From assembly GCA_050125095.1 (NCBI GenBank), contig JASFEA010000001.1, positions 1,389 through 65,388 on the forward strand: 64,000 nucleotides of DNA, in the 5' to 3' direction. This document shows, piece by piece, positions 29,101-37,724 of this stretch. Source of the stretch: a bacterium. GTDB taxonomy: Bacteria > Arandabacterota > Arandabacteria > Arandabacterales > JALGWA01. Positions within the stretch are counted from its first letter, which is position 1, and every line of letters begins with the position of its first letter. The position numbers and the translations under genes are program-made. The notes under the pieces were generated by a model. It was not told where the DNA came from, did no database searches, and saw only the letters and a program-made list of their open reading frames with translations.

Positions 29101-29707
29101 TGAGGAGAACGAGTTCAGCTTCTGGTACTGGTACGACCTGACCACCTACGGCAGCGACGGGGTATATGTAATCATACACGCCGGGGGAGAGGCCGATACG
29201 GTGGAGTTCATCGGGTCCGGAGGAGCGCTCAATAACCCGCCGCAGGAGCCGCTGAATATCTACTCGGACTGGGTCGAGTGGAGCACGGACATACCGGAAC
29301 TCACTCCCGGTGACCTGTTCTGGGTTGAGTTCGCCTTTTACAGCGACCACGATGACGAGGCCGAGGGCGTATATCTCGACGACATATCGATCCGGTCGTG
29401 GACTCCGGAGAAAACAGGTGTCGGCGACCTGCCCGGCGCGGCAGTCAAAGACGTTCTGGCGATTCTCCCCAATCCCGTTCGCGACGAGGTGAGTATACTC
29501 ATGGCACCTCATACAGAGGCCATGTCGCTCTGCATATATGACGTGGAGGGACGATTCATAAGCGAGCTCGCCAAGCCGGCGGGCGCACAATCGGTGTCCT
29601 GGGACCTCAGGGACGCCGGCGGGCGCCGCGTGGCGCCGGGAATTTACCTTGCAAAGATAAAAGGCGGCGCCTATTCTTCGACCAGGAAGATAGTCGTACT
29701 TCGTTAG
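26162..29707 (+). CDS. Peptidase C25 (gingipain-like cysteine protease) with Ig-like repeats and T9SS-type C-terminal sorting domain
   Basis: Signal peptide. Catalytic His HDGHCYYY and Cys LTSIGCWPAA typical of C25. The final about 80 aa (NPVRDEVSI...IYDVEGRFI...GIYLAKIKGGAYSSTRKIVVLR) match the Por/T9SS C-terminal secretion-domain pattern. Confidence 0.8.
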   Translation: MNRGLTLGLVIVLVSAFSAGAAAVKQTAHDQMVIDLTFESGQFSFDKVDGYDLISADGMACLAEEGAPSLPRYPVHITVPYNTRVERVRVESAHEVELEDRFNVMATQPPTALGSVPARYADPDPSIYGANAYYPYQLLGGIKEGFMGNSHVVSFYVSPLRYNPITRSMMLIDEMTVSISLADARPERPVRRVAGSRDPVGETVRGMVSNPRDVDRFAPDFVPAAATQLPAGDFEYVIITVDSLVAAFQPLVDWKTEKGVPATCVTLDFIEVNYTGDNTAEKIKACIIDAYENWGAAYVLLGGDTELITGRWAFAMDCEMGLTGNRIRADLFYGDLDNYWNDNGVAPYGEVDDNVDMLPDVFVGRAPAECVAEAETFVDKVLLYEKNPPSDYVLKMLMAGEVLWTNPFTDAGIGLDRIDEECVPPRFDPILKLYQTLGNESPETVIAAMNAGQNFIIHDGHCYYYVMGAGDGSIYIPDADSVTNYPRNFILTSIGCWPAAIETDCIAEHFMNNPNGGCVAFLGNSRYGWGSPGNPGMGYSDIIQHEFVRRVFVEEDVHIGHAHGLAKARYVPFAAGENVFRYCEYQYNLLGDPEMMMWTDEPLAFSVDLPGNVMATGGGLRVTVSDAGGACEGAVVCVSNGADVYLRENTGVSGSVDFAVDTASPDSLLVTVSAYNHLPFQERVNVVTAGIHLAWTACDVLDGADGMANPGETAEVDVTVKNFGTIDAEGVSGVLRSKDMDCSVTDSVFYYGTVGAGQEVHSNGFEISLGGGLENGDVVALELALEDTLSNEWTVQVPVVVAAPVLEVVSYGMDEIVGDGDFIIEPGEEILITLQVMNRGLTYCTATATASTTDPHFSVTDSVTATGNIDAGSTGFSLHRLAVTGGAPEPHVGVVTVDLDASDGSGFTDSIYVNVGDLWFADDCEAGDGNWTRAGSPDLWHLSDYRAHSGDHSWYFGVDSTHYYPRNADGSITSVNFMAGEENEFSFWYWYDLTTYGSDGVYVIIHAGGEADTVEFIGSGGALNNPPQEPLNIYSDWVEWSTDIPELTPGDLFWVEFAFYSDHDDEAEGVYLDDISIRSWTPEKTGVGDLPGAAVKDVLAILPNPVRDEVSILMAPHTEAMSLCIYDVEGRFISELAKPAGAQSVSWDLRDAGGRRVAPGIYLAKIKGGAYSSTRKIVVLR

Positions 29708-29720
29708 ACCTGGAGACGAG

Positions 29721-30125
29721 TTGACGGCAAGCCACAGGAGCACGGCATTGAGAGCGGTTGCGGCCGCTCTGGTCTTGCTGCTCCTTTCCGCGGGCGCTGC
29801 CCCTGCCGGGGAATTGCGCCTTCCCTTCTCGCGATACAGGCTTCCGCACGTGTCCCAGGTGGGCGAGGTCGATGAAGAGTCCGATAAGGGCAATCAGGTT
29901 CTCATCGGGGAAGAGAAGGAAGAAGGCTCCGACACGGGCAAGAAGATCGCCGGCGCAGTTATGTTCGGGAGTGGCGTGTTCCTCTGTTCATGGGGGATAG
30001 TGGACTGGCAGTTTTCCGACGCCCAGTGCTGCCCCGCCCGTAACACCGAAAACGTGGCCAAGATCGTGGTGGGCGTCGTGCTCATCAACGCCGGGCTCGT
30101 TTACCTGATCGCAGGCGGTCTTTAG
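29721..30125 (+). CDS. Small membrane protein (hypothetical)
   Basis: Signal/TM at the N-terminus and two C-terminal hydrophobic helices (AVMFGSGVFLCSWGIV, VVGVVLINAGLVYLIAGGL). Lies between the C25 gene and the GT-C gene. The start codon is unclear. Confidence 0.35.
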   Translation: MTASHRSTALRAVAAALVLLLLSAGAAPAGELRLPFSRYRLPHVSQVGEVDEESDKGNQVLIGEEKEEGSDTGKKIAGAVMFGSGVFLCSWGIVDWQFSDAQCCPARNTENVAKIVVGVVLINAGLVYLIAGGL

Positions 30126-30140
30126 CCCGGGGGTATACTG

Positions 30141-31664
30141 ATGGGCGACACCTCCGGCAGGGAACTAAAGGCGGGCATACTGCTTCTCGTGTGTTCGGTG
30201 CTCATCCTGTTTTTTCACGCATACTCCTACAATTACGTGGTCGACGACGCTTACATTTCCTACCGCTACGCGCGCAATCTCGTGGACGGGCACGGGCTCG
30301 TTTTCAATCCCGGGGAGAGGGTCGAGGGCTATACCAACTTCCTGTGGGTGATGATCACGGCACTGGGCATGCAGGCCGGCATCGCCCCGGTGCTGCTGAC
30401 CAAGACGCTCTGCTTCGCTTTCTCGGCCTTGACGCTGGTGGTTCTGTACCGCTATGCCGGCCCGGTCTTCGGGCTCAAGGGCCCCTTGAGGGCGCTTCCG
30501 CCGCTCCTCGCGGCCGCGAGCCCGGCTATGGCCGTCTGGAGCCTGGGCGGGCTCGAGACCACGTTTTTCGCATTCCTGGTGACGCTGGCAGTGCTGTCCC
30601 ACCTGAGCGGCGTGCAGCGCGGGAGAGTCCCTATGGCCTCTTCGGCATGTGCCCTCATAGCTTCGCTCACCCGCCCGGAGGGCATTCTCATCGCCGCGAT
30701 TCTCTTCGTTGACCTGCTCTGGCGCCGGCCGGGAGCCCGGGCGCTGTGGCTCTGGCTCATCCCCCTCGCCGCCGGCTACATTCCATACTTCGTCTGGCGC
30801 TATTCATACTATGGCTTTCTGTTTCCCAACACCTTCTATGCCAAGACGGGCGGCGGGCTGTACCACGCGGCACGGGGCCTGTCCTATGCGAAGGGCTACT
30901 TCATCTCCCCGGGCGGGTGGTTGTTTATGTTGGCGATTGTACCGCTGATCGCCTGCCGCAGAAAATGGGGCCTTGTCCTTGCAATATGCGCGGCCTGGAT
31001 CGCCTATGTCGTCGCGGTCGGAGGGGACGGCCTGGCCATGCACCGCTTCTTCGTACCCGTTATTCCCCTCCTCTTCCTGCTGGCCGCCGGGGGGGCGCGC
31101 GAAGTCTCACGGCGCCTGGCCGGCTCGCTCGGCCCGCGGGCCTCAGCCGGCCTAATCGCAGTCATTTCAGCACTGGGCCTTCTCACCACTCTCTACCCGT
31201 CGATGTCGAGCGCCGATAGGGACTTCGTGATCGAGGACCGGATAAGGGTGCAGGGCAACTGGGTCCCCATAGGCAAATGGCTGAGGGACTATGCCCGGCC
31301 GGGGGATTCCATAGCCGTCACGGCGGCGGGCGCACTTCCATATTACTCGGGCCTTTATACCATTGACATGCTCGGCATCAACGACGTCCATATCGCCCAC
31401 CGCGATATGCCCGCCGGCGGAGGGGGCATTGCCGGTCACGAGAAGCATGACATGGAGTATGTTCTCCTGAAAAGGCCCACCTATATCTTCCACTACCCGT
31501 TCTTCACCGGGCGCCCGGTCATAACGCGCGACCAGTTCGTGACCGAATGGAATCCCGGGATGATACTCCTCTTCGAGTCGGAGGACTTCAGGCGCAATTA
31601 CGAGCCGGTGAGTGAGAGATTCGGTGAAGCCGTCCTCAACTTCTTCAGGCTCAGGGCGGGATAG
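30141..31664 (+). CDS. Integral-membrane GT-C glycosyltransferase (ArnT/PMT-like, GT83/GT39-type)
   Basis: About 11 predicted TM helices. First periplasmic loop VVDDAYISYRYARNL matches the ArnT/PMT D-E/D...RYA catalytic signature. Confidence 0.7.
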   Translation: MGDTSGRELKAGILLLVCSVLILFFHAYSYNYVVDDAYISYRYARNLVDGHGLVFNPGERVEGYTNFLWVMITALGMQAGIAPVLLTKTLCFAFSALTLVVLYRYAGPVFGLKGPLRALPPLLAAASPAMAVWSLGGLETTFFAFLVTLAVLSHLSGVQRGRVPMASSACALIASLTRPEGILIAAILFVDLLWRRPGARALWLWLIPLAAGYIPYFVWRYSYYGFLFPNTFYAKTGGGLYHAARGLSYAKGYFISPGGWLFMLAIVPLIACRRKWGLVLAICAAWIAYVVAVGGDGLAMHRFFVPVIPLLFLLAAGGAREVSRRLAGSLGPRASAGLIAVISALGLLTTLYPSMSSADRDFVIEDRIRVQGNWVPIGKWLRDYARPGDSIAVTAAGALPYYSGLYTIDMLGINDVHIAHRDMPAGGGGIAGHEKHDMEYVLLKRPTYIFHYPFFTGRPVITRDQFVTEWNPGMILLFESEDFRRNYEPVSERFGEAVLNFFRLRAG

Positions 31665-31670
31665 CCGGGA

Positions 31671-32513
31671 CTACAGGGTCTCGGCGAACCACCTCACGGT
31701 GGCGCCTATCACCTGTTCCTCCCAGTGACCGCTGTTGAAGTTGTGGTCCGCTCCGTCCACAACCACGAGCAGCTTCTGACCCTTCGCGCTCTCGTTGAGA
31801 AGCTGGCTGTTGATGAGCGAAACGCCCTGGTCCTCGCTGCCGTGCAGGAGCAGAAGGGGGCCGGAGTATTCTGATACCGCGCTCAGGGGGTCGTAGAACC
31901 TTATGCTCTCGAAGAAGGCCTTGCCCCGGGTGAAGCCCCCAATGTCGACGCTGCCCTTCTTCTCCAGGGCGCCGCGGTATTCGTCCGGGAGCCATATATA
32001 AGGGTCCTTGAAGGTCTCGCCGTCTTTTTCGACGAGATAGTCGGCGAAAGCCGTGGCGGCCCAGAGGGCGACCGAGGCGGCTTCGCATTCGGCGGCGATG
32101 CAGGCTGCAACGCATCCGCCGAGGTCGTGGCCCAGCAGGGCGACCCTTTTCGCGTCGATCTCGGGCAGAGCCCTTACCAGCTTGAGCGCCTCAAGGGCGT
32201 CGCTTATCTCGCTCTCCACGCTGATGTCCTTGAAGTCGCCCTCGCTCTCCCCCGAACCCCTGAAATCGAAACGGAAGACCGCCATGCCGTTGCGCGCGAG
32301 CTCGCGCGCAGCCTTCACGAATATGAAGTGCTCGCCGACCCGGTTTCCCGTATAACCGTGGAGCATGACCACGCATGGTTTGGCGCCCTTGCCCCGGGGA
32401 AGGTGCAGCATGCCGAAGAGCTTCATGCCCTCGTTTTCAAACTGGATACATCTCTCTTCCAAGATGATACCTCCGGTCTGATTCTCATTGACGCCCGTCG
32501 CGTTGTCCAGCAA
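31671..32513 (-). CDS. Alpha/beta hydrolase fold protein
   Basis: Oxyanion-hole VVMLHGYTGN. Nucleophile elbow LLGHDLGG has Asp, not Ser, confirmed at DNA level (gac). C-terminal HGSEDQ..ADHNF. Confidence 0.7.
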   Translation of the reverse strand: MLDNATGVNENQTGGIILEERCIQFENEGMKLFGMLHLPRGKGAKPCVVMLHGYTGNRVGEHFIFVKAARELARNGMAVFRFDFRGSGESEGDFKDISVESEISDALEALKLVRALPEIDAKRVALLGHDLGGCVAACIAAECEAASVALWAATAFADYLVEKDGETFKDPYIWLPDEYRGALEKKGSVDIGGFTRGKAFFESIRFYDPLSAVSEYSGPLLLLHGSEDQGVSLINSQLLNESAKGQKLLVVVDGADHNFNSGHWEEQVIGATVRWFAETL

Positions 32514-32530
32514 TTAGTTGACAGGGCCCG

Positions 32531-33412
32531 TTGAATCTGGGAAACTCCAGTTGCCAATCTTGTGTTCGGAGGTCAATCGGAGTGAGAATTCTGGGGATTG
32601 CAGCGTCCGGCCGCAAATGGGGGAACAGCGAGTGCTCCGCGAGTATGATATTGAACTCGGCCCGCGCGGCGGGCGCGGAGACCGAATTCCACCGTCTCAC
32701 GGACTTCGATCTGCTTCATTGCATGGGCTGCCTCAAATGCGTCTATAAGGACGGCTGCCCGCTCGAGGACGACCTCTATAAACTGCTCGATCTTTGTGAA
32801 GCCGCCGACGCGCTGGTACTTGCCGCGCCGGTCTACTTCCTTGCCCCGAACTCCCTTCTTACCGCGCTCATGGACAGGCTGCTCACGACCGACGCCCTGC
32901 CCTCCGACCGCGCGGGCCGGCCGGCGGTCACCGTGAATGTGCTCGGCAAGAGGGAGTGGAGGGGCGTCGGGCGGAGCTATCTCAACATGACGGCCTGGCT
33001 GCTGGGCTTCAAAGTGGAACAATGTCTCGACATCGTCGCCGAGGGGCCCGGCGATGTGCTCATGCACAGGGTCAATTGCGACAGGCTCGAGAAGACGGGC
33101 GCGGCCCTCACAGGGAGCGCCGGCTTCCCCGTAGAAAGGGATAAAGCCCTGTGCCCGGGCTGCATGAGCGATTTCTTCCGAATCGAGCCGCCCTTCATAG
33201 TCTGCCCGGTATGCGGTTATCGCGGGAACCTCGCCGTCTATACCGGGCGCGGGGAGTTTGAAGACGCCGGCTCGAAACCGAGGATAGGAAGAGAGTGGCT
33301 CAAGTGGCACATCGACGACTGGCTGAGGCCCTCGGCCGCGAGGTACATGAAACGAAGACGCGAAGTGCTCCGCAGGCTGCGCAGCCTCAAGAGCGCGAGC
33401 GAGGCTGACTAG
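32531..33412 (+). CDS. Iron-sulfur flavoprotein (Isf)/NADPH-dependent FMN reductase-like with C-terminal zinc-ribbon extension
   Basis: Flavodoxin-like start ILGIAASGRKWGNS. Compact Cys motif HCMGCLKCVYKDGCP (CX2CX2CX5C) characteristic of Isf. An extra C-terminal CPGC...CPVC pair is present. The track start is TTG 32531, with alternative GTG 32582. Confidence 0.65.
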   Translation: MNLGNSSCQSCVRRSIGVRILGIAASGRKWGNSECSASMILNSARAAGAETEFHRLTDFDLLHCMGCLKCVYKDGCPLEDDLYKLLDLCEAADALVLAAPVYFLAPNSLLTALMDRLLTTDALPSDRAGRPAVTVNVLGKREWRGVGRSYLNMTAWLLGFKVEQCLDIVAEGPGDVLMHRVNCDRLEKTGAALTGSAGFPVERDKALCPGCMSDFFRIEPPFIVCPVCGYRGNLAVYTGRGEFEDAGSKPRIGREWLKWHIDDWLRPSAARYMKRRREVLRRLRSLKSASEAD

Positions 33413-33428
33413 GGAGGAGACAGGTCTG

Positions 33429-33845
33429 ATGATCAAGAAGATACTCGTTGCGTCCGACGGGTCGAGCCCCGCAATGGAAGCGGCCCGGGCGGCAGCGCGG
33501 ATCGCCGGGGCTTTCGACGCGGAGTTGACTGTGGTAACGGTCGCCAACATTCCCAGGATGTATAAGGTGGACCTCGGCGATGAGATGGAGAGAGCTTACA
33601 TTGAGGACTGGGAACATGCGCTGAAGGATACCGTGCGCGCAATAGGCGATGTCGTGAAGCCGCGGGCCAAGCTTCTCAGGGAGGATTCGCCTGCGGAAGC
33701 CATACTCGCCGAGGCCGAGAGCGGCGGGTACGACCTGATAGTGGTGGGCAGCACGGGAGCCGGCAATCCCGGCGAAAGGGCCATGGGCAGCGTGGCGGCG
33801 AGGGTGGGGGCGGGGGCGCATTGCAGCGTCCTCGTTATAAGGTAG
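33429..33845 (+). CDS. Universal stress protein (UspA family)
   Basis: MIKKILVASDGS... and ATP-binding motif GYDLIVVGSTGAGNPGERAMGSVA. Confidence 0.8.
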   Translation: MIKKILVASDGSSPAMEAARAAARIAGAFDAELTVVTVANIPRMYKVDLGDEMERAYIEDWEHALKDTVRAIGDVVKPRAKLLREDSPAEAILAEAESGGYDLIVVGSTGAGNPGERAMGSVAARVGAGAHCSVLVIR

Positions 33846-33871
33846 TATAAGGGCAGAGGCAAGGAGGGAGG

Positions 33872-34942
33872 ATGAGTCTGATACTGGTGATCAATCCCGG
33901 CGGAGGGTCAACCAAGATCGCCGTTTACGACGGCGGGGAATGCGTCATGAGCCGGAAGATCTCACACCCGCCGGAGGTACTCGGCGAATTCCCCGACACT
34001 TTCTCCCAGAGGGAATACCGGGAGGAGTGCATCATGGATGCCCTGGGGGAGGAGAATATCGACCTGGCGAATCTGGACGCCGTGGTCGGCCGAGGCGGCG
34101 CGCTCAAGCCGCTGGAGAGCGGCACGTATGAGGTGAACGAGCTCCTCGTCGAGGACGTGAAGAACGGCATCGTGCAGACGGATCATGCGTCCAACCTGGG
34201 CGCGCTCATGGCCTTCGAGATGGCGGCGCCGCTGGGGAAGCCCGCCTACATGGTTGACCCGGTTTCGGTTGACGAGTTTATCGATGAGGCGAGAATCTCG
34301 GGCCATCCCAGGATGGAACGCAAGAGCCTCGACCATCCGCTTAACGCCAAAATGGTGGCGAGAAAGGCGGCGAGAGAACTCGGAACGCGGTATGAAGACA
34401 TGAACGTCATAGTCGCCCATCTCGGAACGGGCATTTCCATCAGCGTTCACGAGAAGGGCAGGATAATAGACGTCAATTGCGCGCATGACGGCGGGCCGTT
34501 TTCAACGCAACGCACCGGCACGCTTCCGGTGACCCAGCTCATGGACTGGTGCTATTCGGGGGAGCTGACGCGGGACGAAATGTTCGCCCAGTTGACGAGC
34601 AAGGGCGGGCTACTGGCCTATACGGGCACGGACGACGCAGCCCGGGTCGAGGAGATGGCGAGGGGGGGCAACGCTGAGGCCGGGCTGGTGCTCCGCGCAA
34701 TGGCATATCAGATAGCGAAGGAAATCGGGGGCGCAGCGACCGCGCTCAGGGGGAAAGTGGACGCTATCATATATACGGGCGGCGTCGCGCATTCGGATTT
34801 CATAGTGGGCCTGGTGAGGGAACGCGTCGACTTCATCACGCCCAGCGTATTCCTCTATCCCGGCGAGCATGAAATGGACTCGATGGCCCAGGGGGCCCTG
34901 CGCGCGCTTCGGGGCGAAGAGAAGCCGAAGCAGTACAGGTGA
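33872..34942 (+). CDS. buk: Butyrate kinase
   Basis: ASKHA-fold kinase with the butyrate-kinase N-terminus LILVINPGGGSTKIAVYDG. Length 356 aa. Internal motifs VVGRGGALKP, IVAHLGTGISISVHEKGRIID, IIYTGGVAHSDF. No adjacent ptb gene. Confidence 0.8.
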   Translation: MSLILVINPGGGSTKIAVYDGGECVMSRKISHPPEVLGEFPDTFSQREYREECIMDALGEENIDLANLDAVVGRGGALKPLESGTYEVNELLVEDVKNGIVQTDHASNLGALMAFEMAAPLGKPAYMVDPVSVDEFIDEARISGHPRMERKSLDHPLNAKMVARKAARELGTRYEDMNVIVAHLGTGISISVHEKGRIIDVNCAHDGGPFSTQRTGTLPVTQLMDWCYSGELTRDEMFAQLTSKGGLLAYTGTDDAARVEEMARGGNAEAGLVLRAMAYQIAKEIGGAATALRGKVDAIIYTGGVAHSDFIVGLVRERVDFITPSVFLYPGEHEMDSMAQGALRALRGEEKPKQYR

Positions 34943-35844
34943 GACGTTCATCCCACATAGCCGTCCTCATGACGGTTCTTGCCGCCCTGCTCTGGGCGAC
35001 GTCTTTCAGCGTCATAAAGGTCGGGCTGCGGAGTATCGAACCCTACACATTCCTATTCCTCAGGTTCGTCATCGCCACTGCCCTGCTTGTTCCGGGCGTG
35101 CTGGCCGCGCGCAAGGGGCGCCTTCTCCTTAAGTATATCGCGGGCAGGTACCCGGCGCTTCTCGGCCTTGCGCTTGCGGCGAGCTTCGGCTTCCAGTTCC
35201 GCGCTCAGACCGAAATACCCGCTTCAACCGCCGCCATCATCATAAACTCGAGCACCTTGCTCGTCGCGCCCCTGTCGGCCGCACTCCTTACCGAACGCAT
35301 CGGGATAAGGAAGGTCATAGCGCTGGTTCTGGGGATGGCGGGAGTGTATCTCATAACCGCGAGGTCCGCCGGAGGCGGTGCCGGTGGCACCTTGCTCGGC
35401 AATCTGCTGATATCGGCGTCGGCGGTGTCCACCGCCATATACATAGTGGTGACGAAGAAGGCGCTCAGCGAAAAGAGGCTGGAGGAATTTCCGCTTATCA
35501 CCGCCGTTTTCATCTGGACCCTGCCGGTGTATCTTGTGCTGGCCGCGCCCGCCCTTCGGCGGGGCGTGGACATTACGGGGGAGGCCTGGGTCGCCATTAT
35601 TTACCTTGCCGTTTTCTGCACGGCGCTGGCCTTCATGCTCTGGGCCAGGGCCATAAGGAGGATCGGGGCCCTCACCTCTGCCATAGTGCTGCTCTCTGAG
35701 CTGGTGTTCGGCGTGCTGATCGCCCGCATCTTCCTGGCCGAGGCGCTTCCCGTGCCGACCCTTGCCGGCTGCGCGCTCATAGGCCTCGGCATCTTCGTAG
35801 TCGGAGTGAGGGAGCAGGACGAACGGGCCTCAGTCGCCGCTTAA
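34939..35844 (+). CDS. EamA/DMT-family transporter
   Basis: Ten hydrophobic helices in two EamA repeats (LLWATSFSVIKVGL..., FCTALAFMLWARAIRRIGA). 4-nt overlap with buk. Confidence 0.75.
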   Translation: MRRSSHIAVLMTVLAALLWATSFSVIKVGLRSIEPYTFLFLRFVIATALLVPGVLAARKGRLLLKYIAGRYPALLGLALAASFGFQFRAQTEIPASTAAIIINSSTLLVAPLSAALLTERIGIRKVIALVLGMAGVYLITARSAGGGAGGTLLGNLLISASAVSTAIYIVVTKKALSEKRLEEFPLITAVFIWTLPVYLVLAAPALRRGVDITGEAWVAIIYLAVFCTALAFMLWARAIRRIGALTSAIVLLSELVFGVLIARIFLAEALPVPTLAGCALIGLGIFVVGVREQDERASVAA

Positions 35845-37713
35845 GATGTTCCTTAAGTTGTCGGTGATTTCCTCTATTTCTTCGTCCTCGAGGGCACGGC
35901 CCTGGTGTGCGAGCCGGTACAGAACCAGCCTGTAGTCTTCGCCGTCGTATATGACCGAGGACTCAGCGCCCGAACCGTCCAGCAGCTTGACGACGCCGAC
36001 CAGGCTGGGCGACGCGGGCCGCTGCACCACGGCGATGAGCGTATAGGAGGAACCCCGGCCGGCCGAGCTCATCTCTATGTTGCGCCACCTGACCTGCGGG
36101 ACTCTACTGCCCGATTCCTTCCAGTCGCCGACCGTACTGACGCCGGTCTCCACCTGCGCGAAGACCTCGTCGTCGCTGACCGTGGGCGAGAGTATGAGCC
36201 TGTCCCCGAACCGGCCCATGACCTGGCGCGTCAGGTCCGCGTCCAGGCCCCGGTCAGCCGCCATTGCCGTAATTCGCTCGGTGCGCACCCTGCGGAGCTG
36301 TCTGCCCGTCCTGTCGAATATGCGCAGGCGCGGTCCGATATCCCTCGCCCGCCTCAGCGCCTCCTCTATGGCTATAAGAATGAGCTCGTCATCGTAAGGC
36401 CCCCGGGGCGTCCCGAAAAAGGCCTCGAAATTTATCCATACGTCGATGATGGCGACTTCCTGCAAGCCCGCGGAGGCGCCGTCGCCATGCTGAACAATAG
36501 ACGGCGGGTCGGGCATAGCGGCCTCCAGCCCCTTGATCTTGTTAATCTCCTCGATGCACTTGAAGGCCTGGCCCCTGTCGTTGCCGGACGCCACGATAAT
36601 CACCTTCACATTGGACCTGCTGTGCGGATGCATGTACACCTGCGGGATGTGTATCTCGCGTTCCTCTTCGAGCATCGCGGGGCATATCTTCCTCCCGACG
36701 AGTTCCACGCCGGGCGAGAGCCTGTTGCAGGCGGGGGCCTCCTTGAAGGCGAGTATTTTCTGCACGAGTTCAACCCGATGGTCATGCGTGAGCGGCATCC
36801 CCTTGGCGTCCACGAATTCGATTCTCATGACATTGATGCCTTCGCCCGTTATGAAGGCCTTGTCGTATTTGCGCTGGTAACCGGGCGCCACTTCCTCTAT
36901 GAGCCGGAACACGTCCCCCATTGAGAGGTCGTGACCGTATGCGGCCACCGAGATGCCCGTGAGGTCTCCCGCGGGGGTGCTCACGTTGCCCGAGTTGGCG
37001 TAGATCTTCCCGGTTTCCCTGACCCCTCTTATGAATGCGAAGTTGTCATGTATCTGTTCGGCGAGGTCCTTGGGGTCCCTTTCGGTGAGGTAGGCGAAGG
37101 TCCTTGCGGCGAAGAACCGCACTGCCTCCCCCTTGCGGCCGAAGAAGGCCTGGTAGTCGGACGGGTCGCCTATCGACTTGAGCTCCTTGGCGACCAGCGA
37201 GTACTGCTCGGCCTTTCTGGTCTCCAGAATCAGCAGCTCGTCCTTGCCGGTTTCCGCGGCGGCCGCCCTTATGAGGCTCTGCTGTATCTCGCCTTCCATG
37301 CTCAGAAGGTGTTCGAACTCCTCCTTGTCGCCGGCCTCGATCTCCATGAAGACGAGGCCCACCCGCTTGTCGGGCTCGTCGATGACGATGGCCTCGCAAA
37401 AGGCGACGTTGAAGCCCTTCTCATGGAGGGTTCCTGTGCAGGAGTTGAGAAGGCCGGGCCAGTCCAGCGCCAGCACGGCGAAGGTCACAGACGGCATGCC
37501 CACGGCGTGCTTGCGCGGTTTCTCGCTTATATGAATCTGGACGCGGCCCGGGTTCTTGAGATCGCGCTCGATGAGCTCAATGGCAATGGCGAGATAGGGG
37601 GGCGGCATTTTCGCCGGGTATTTACCCGAGCCCTTTATGAGCTCGTAGGTCTTCTCTACCGTCTCCTCGTCAATGCCTTTGCCCTTTAGAATCTGCTTGA
37701 CTCTTATGAGCAA
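35830..37713 (-). CDS. ACT-domain-containing hypothetical protein (627 aa)
   Basis: ACT-like beta-alpha-beta-beta-alpha-beta segments at both ends (N-terminal VTFAVLALDWPGLLNSCTGTLHEKGFNVAFCEAIVID, C-terminal YTLIAVVQRPASPSLVGVVKLLDGSGAESSVIYD). The central about 350 aa is unassigned. Confidence 0.5.
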   Translation of the reverse strand: MLIRVKQILKGKGIDEETVEKTYELIKGSGKYPAKMPPPYLAIAIELIERDLKNPGRVQIHISEKPRKHAVGMPSVTFAVLALDWPGLLNSCTGTLHEKGFNVAFCEAIVIDEPDKRVGLVFMEIEAGDKEEFEHLLSMEGEIQQSLIRAAAAETGKDELLILETRKAEQYSLVAKELKSIGDPSDYQAFFGRKGEAVRFFAARTFAYLTERDPKDLAEQIHDNFAFIRGVRETGKIYANSGNVSTPAGDLTGISVAAYGHDLSMGDVFRLIEEVAPGYQRKYDKAFITGEGINVMRIEFVDAKGMPLTHDHRVELVQKILAFKEAPACNRLSPGVELVGRKICPAMLEEEREIHIPQVYMHPHSRSNVKVIIVASGNDRGQAFKCIEEINKIKGLEAAMPDPPSIVQHGDGASAGLQEVAIIDVWINFEAFFGTPRGPYDDELILIAIEEALRRARDIGPRLRIFDRTGRQLRRVRTERITAMAADRGLDADLTRQVMGRFGDRLILSPTVSDDEVFAQVETGVSTVGDWKESGSRVPQVRWRNIEMSSAGRGSSYTLIAVVQRPASPSLVGVVKLLDGSGAESSVIYDGEDYRLVLYRLAHQGRALEDEEIEEITDNLRNILSGD

Positions 37714-37724
37714 AGCCTGCCTCC

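Noticed and set aside
28243-29103. Plus-strand 286-aa Arg/Gly-rich ORF in an alternative frame of the C25 peptidase gene
   Set aside because: It is an out-of-frame overlap of a gene whose own frame shows catalytic motifs and a CTD. The composition is typical of off-frame GC-rich translation.
33872-34942. Orphan butyrate kinase as an unusual finding
   Set aside because: The call is confident, but the absence of an adjacent ptb is not informative within a 64-kb window. The partner may be elsewhere.
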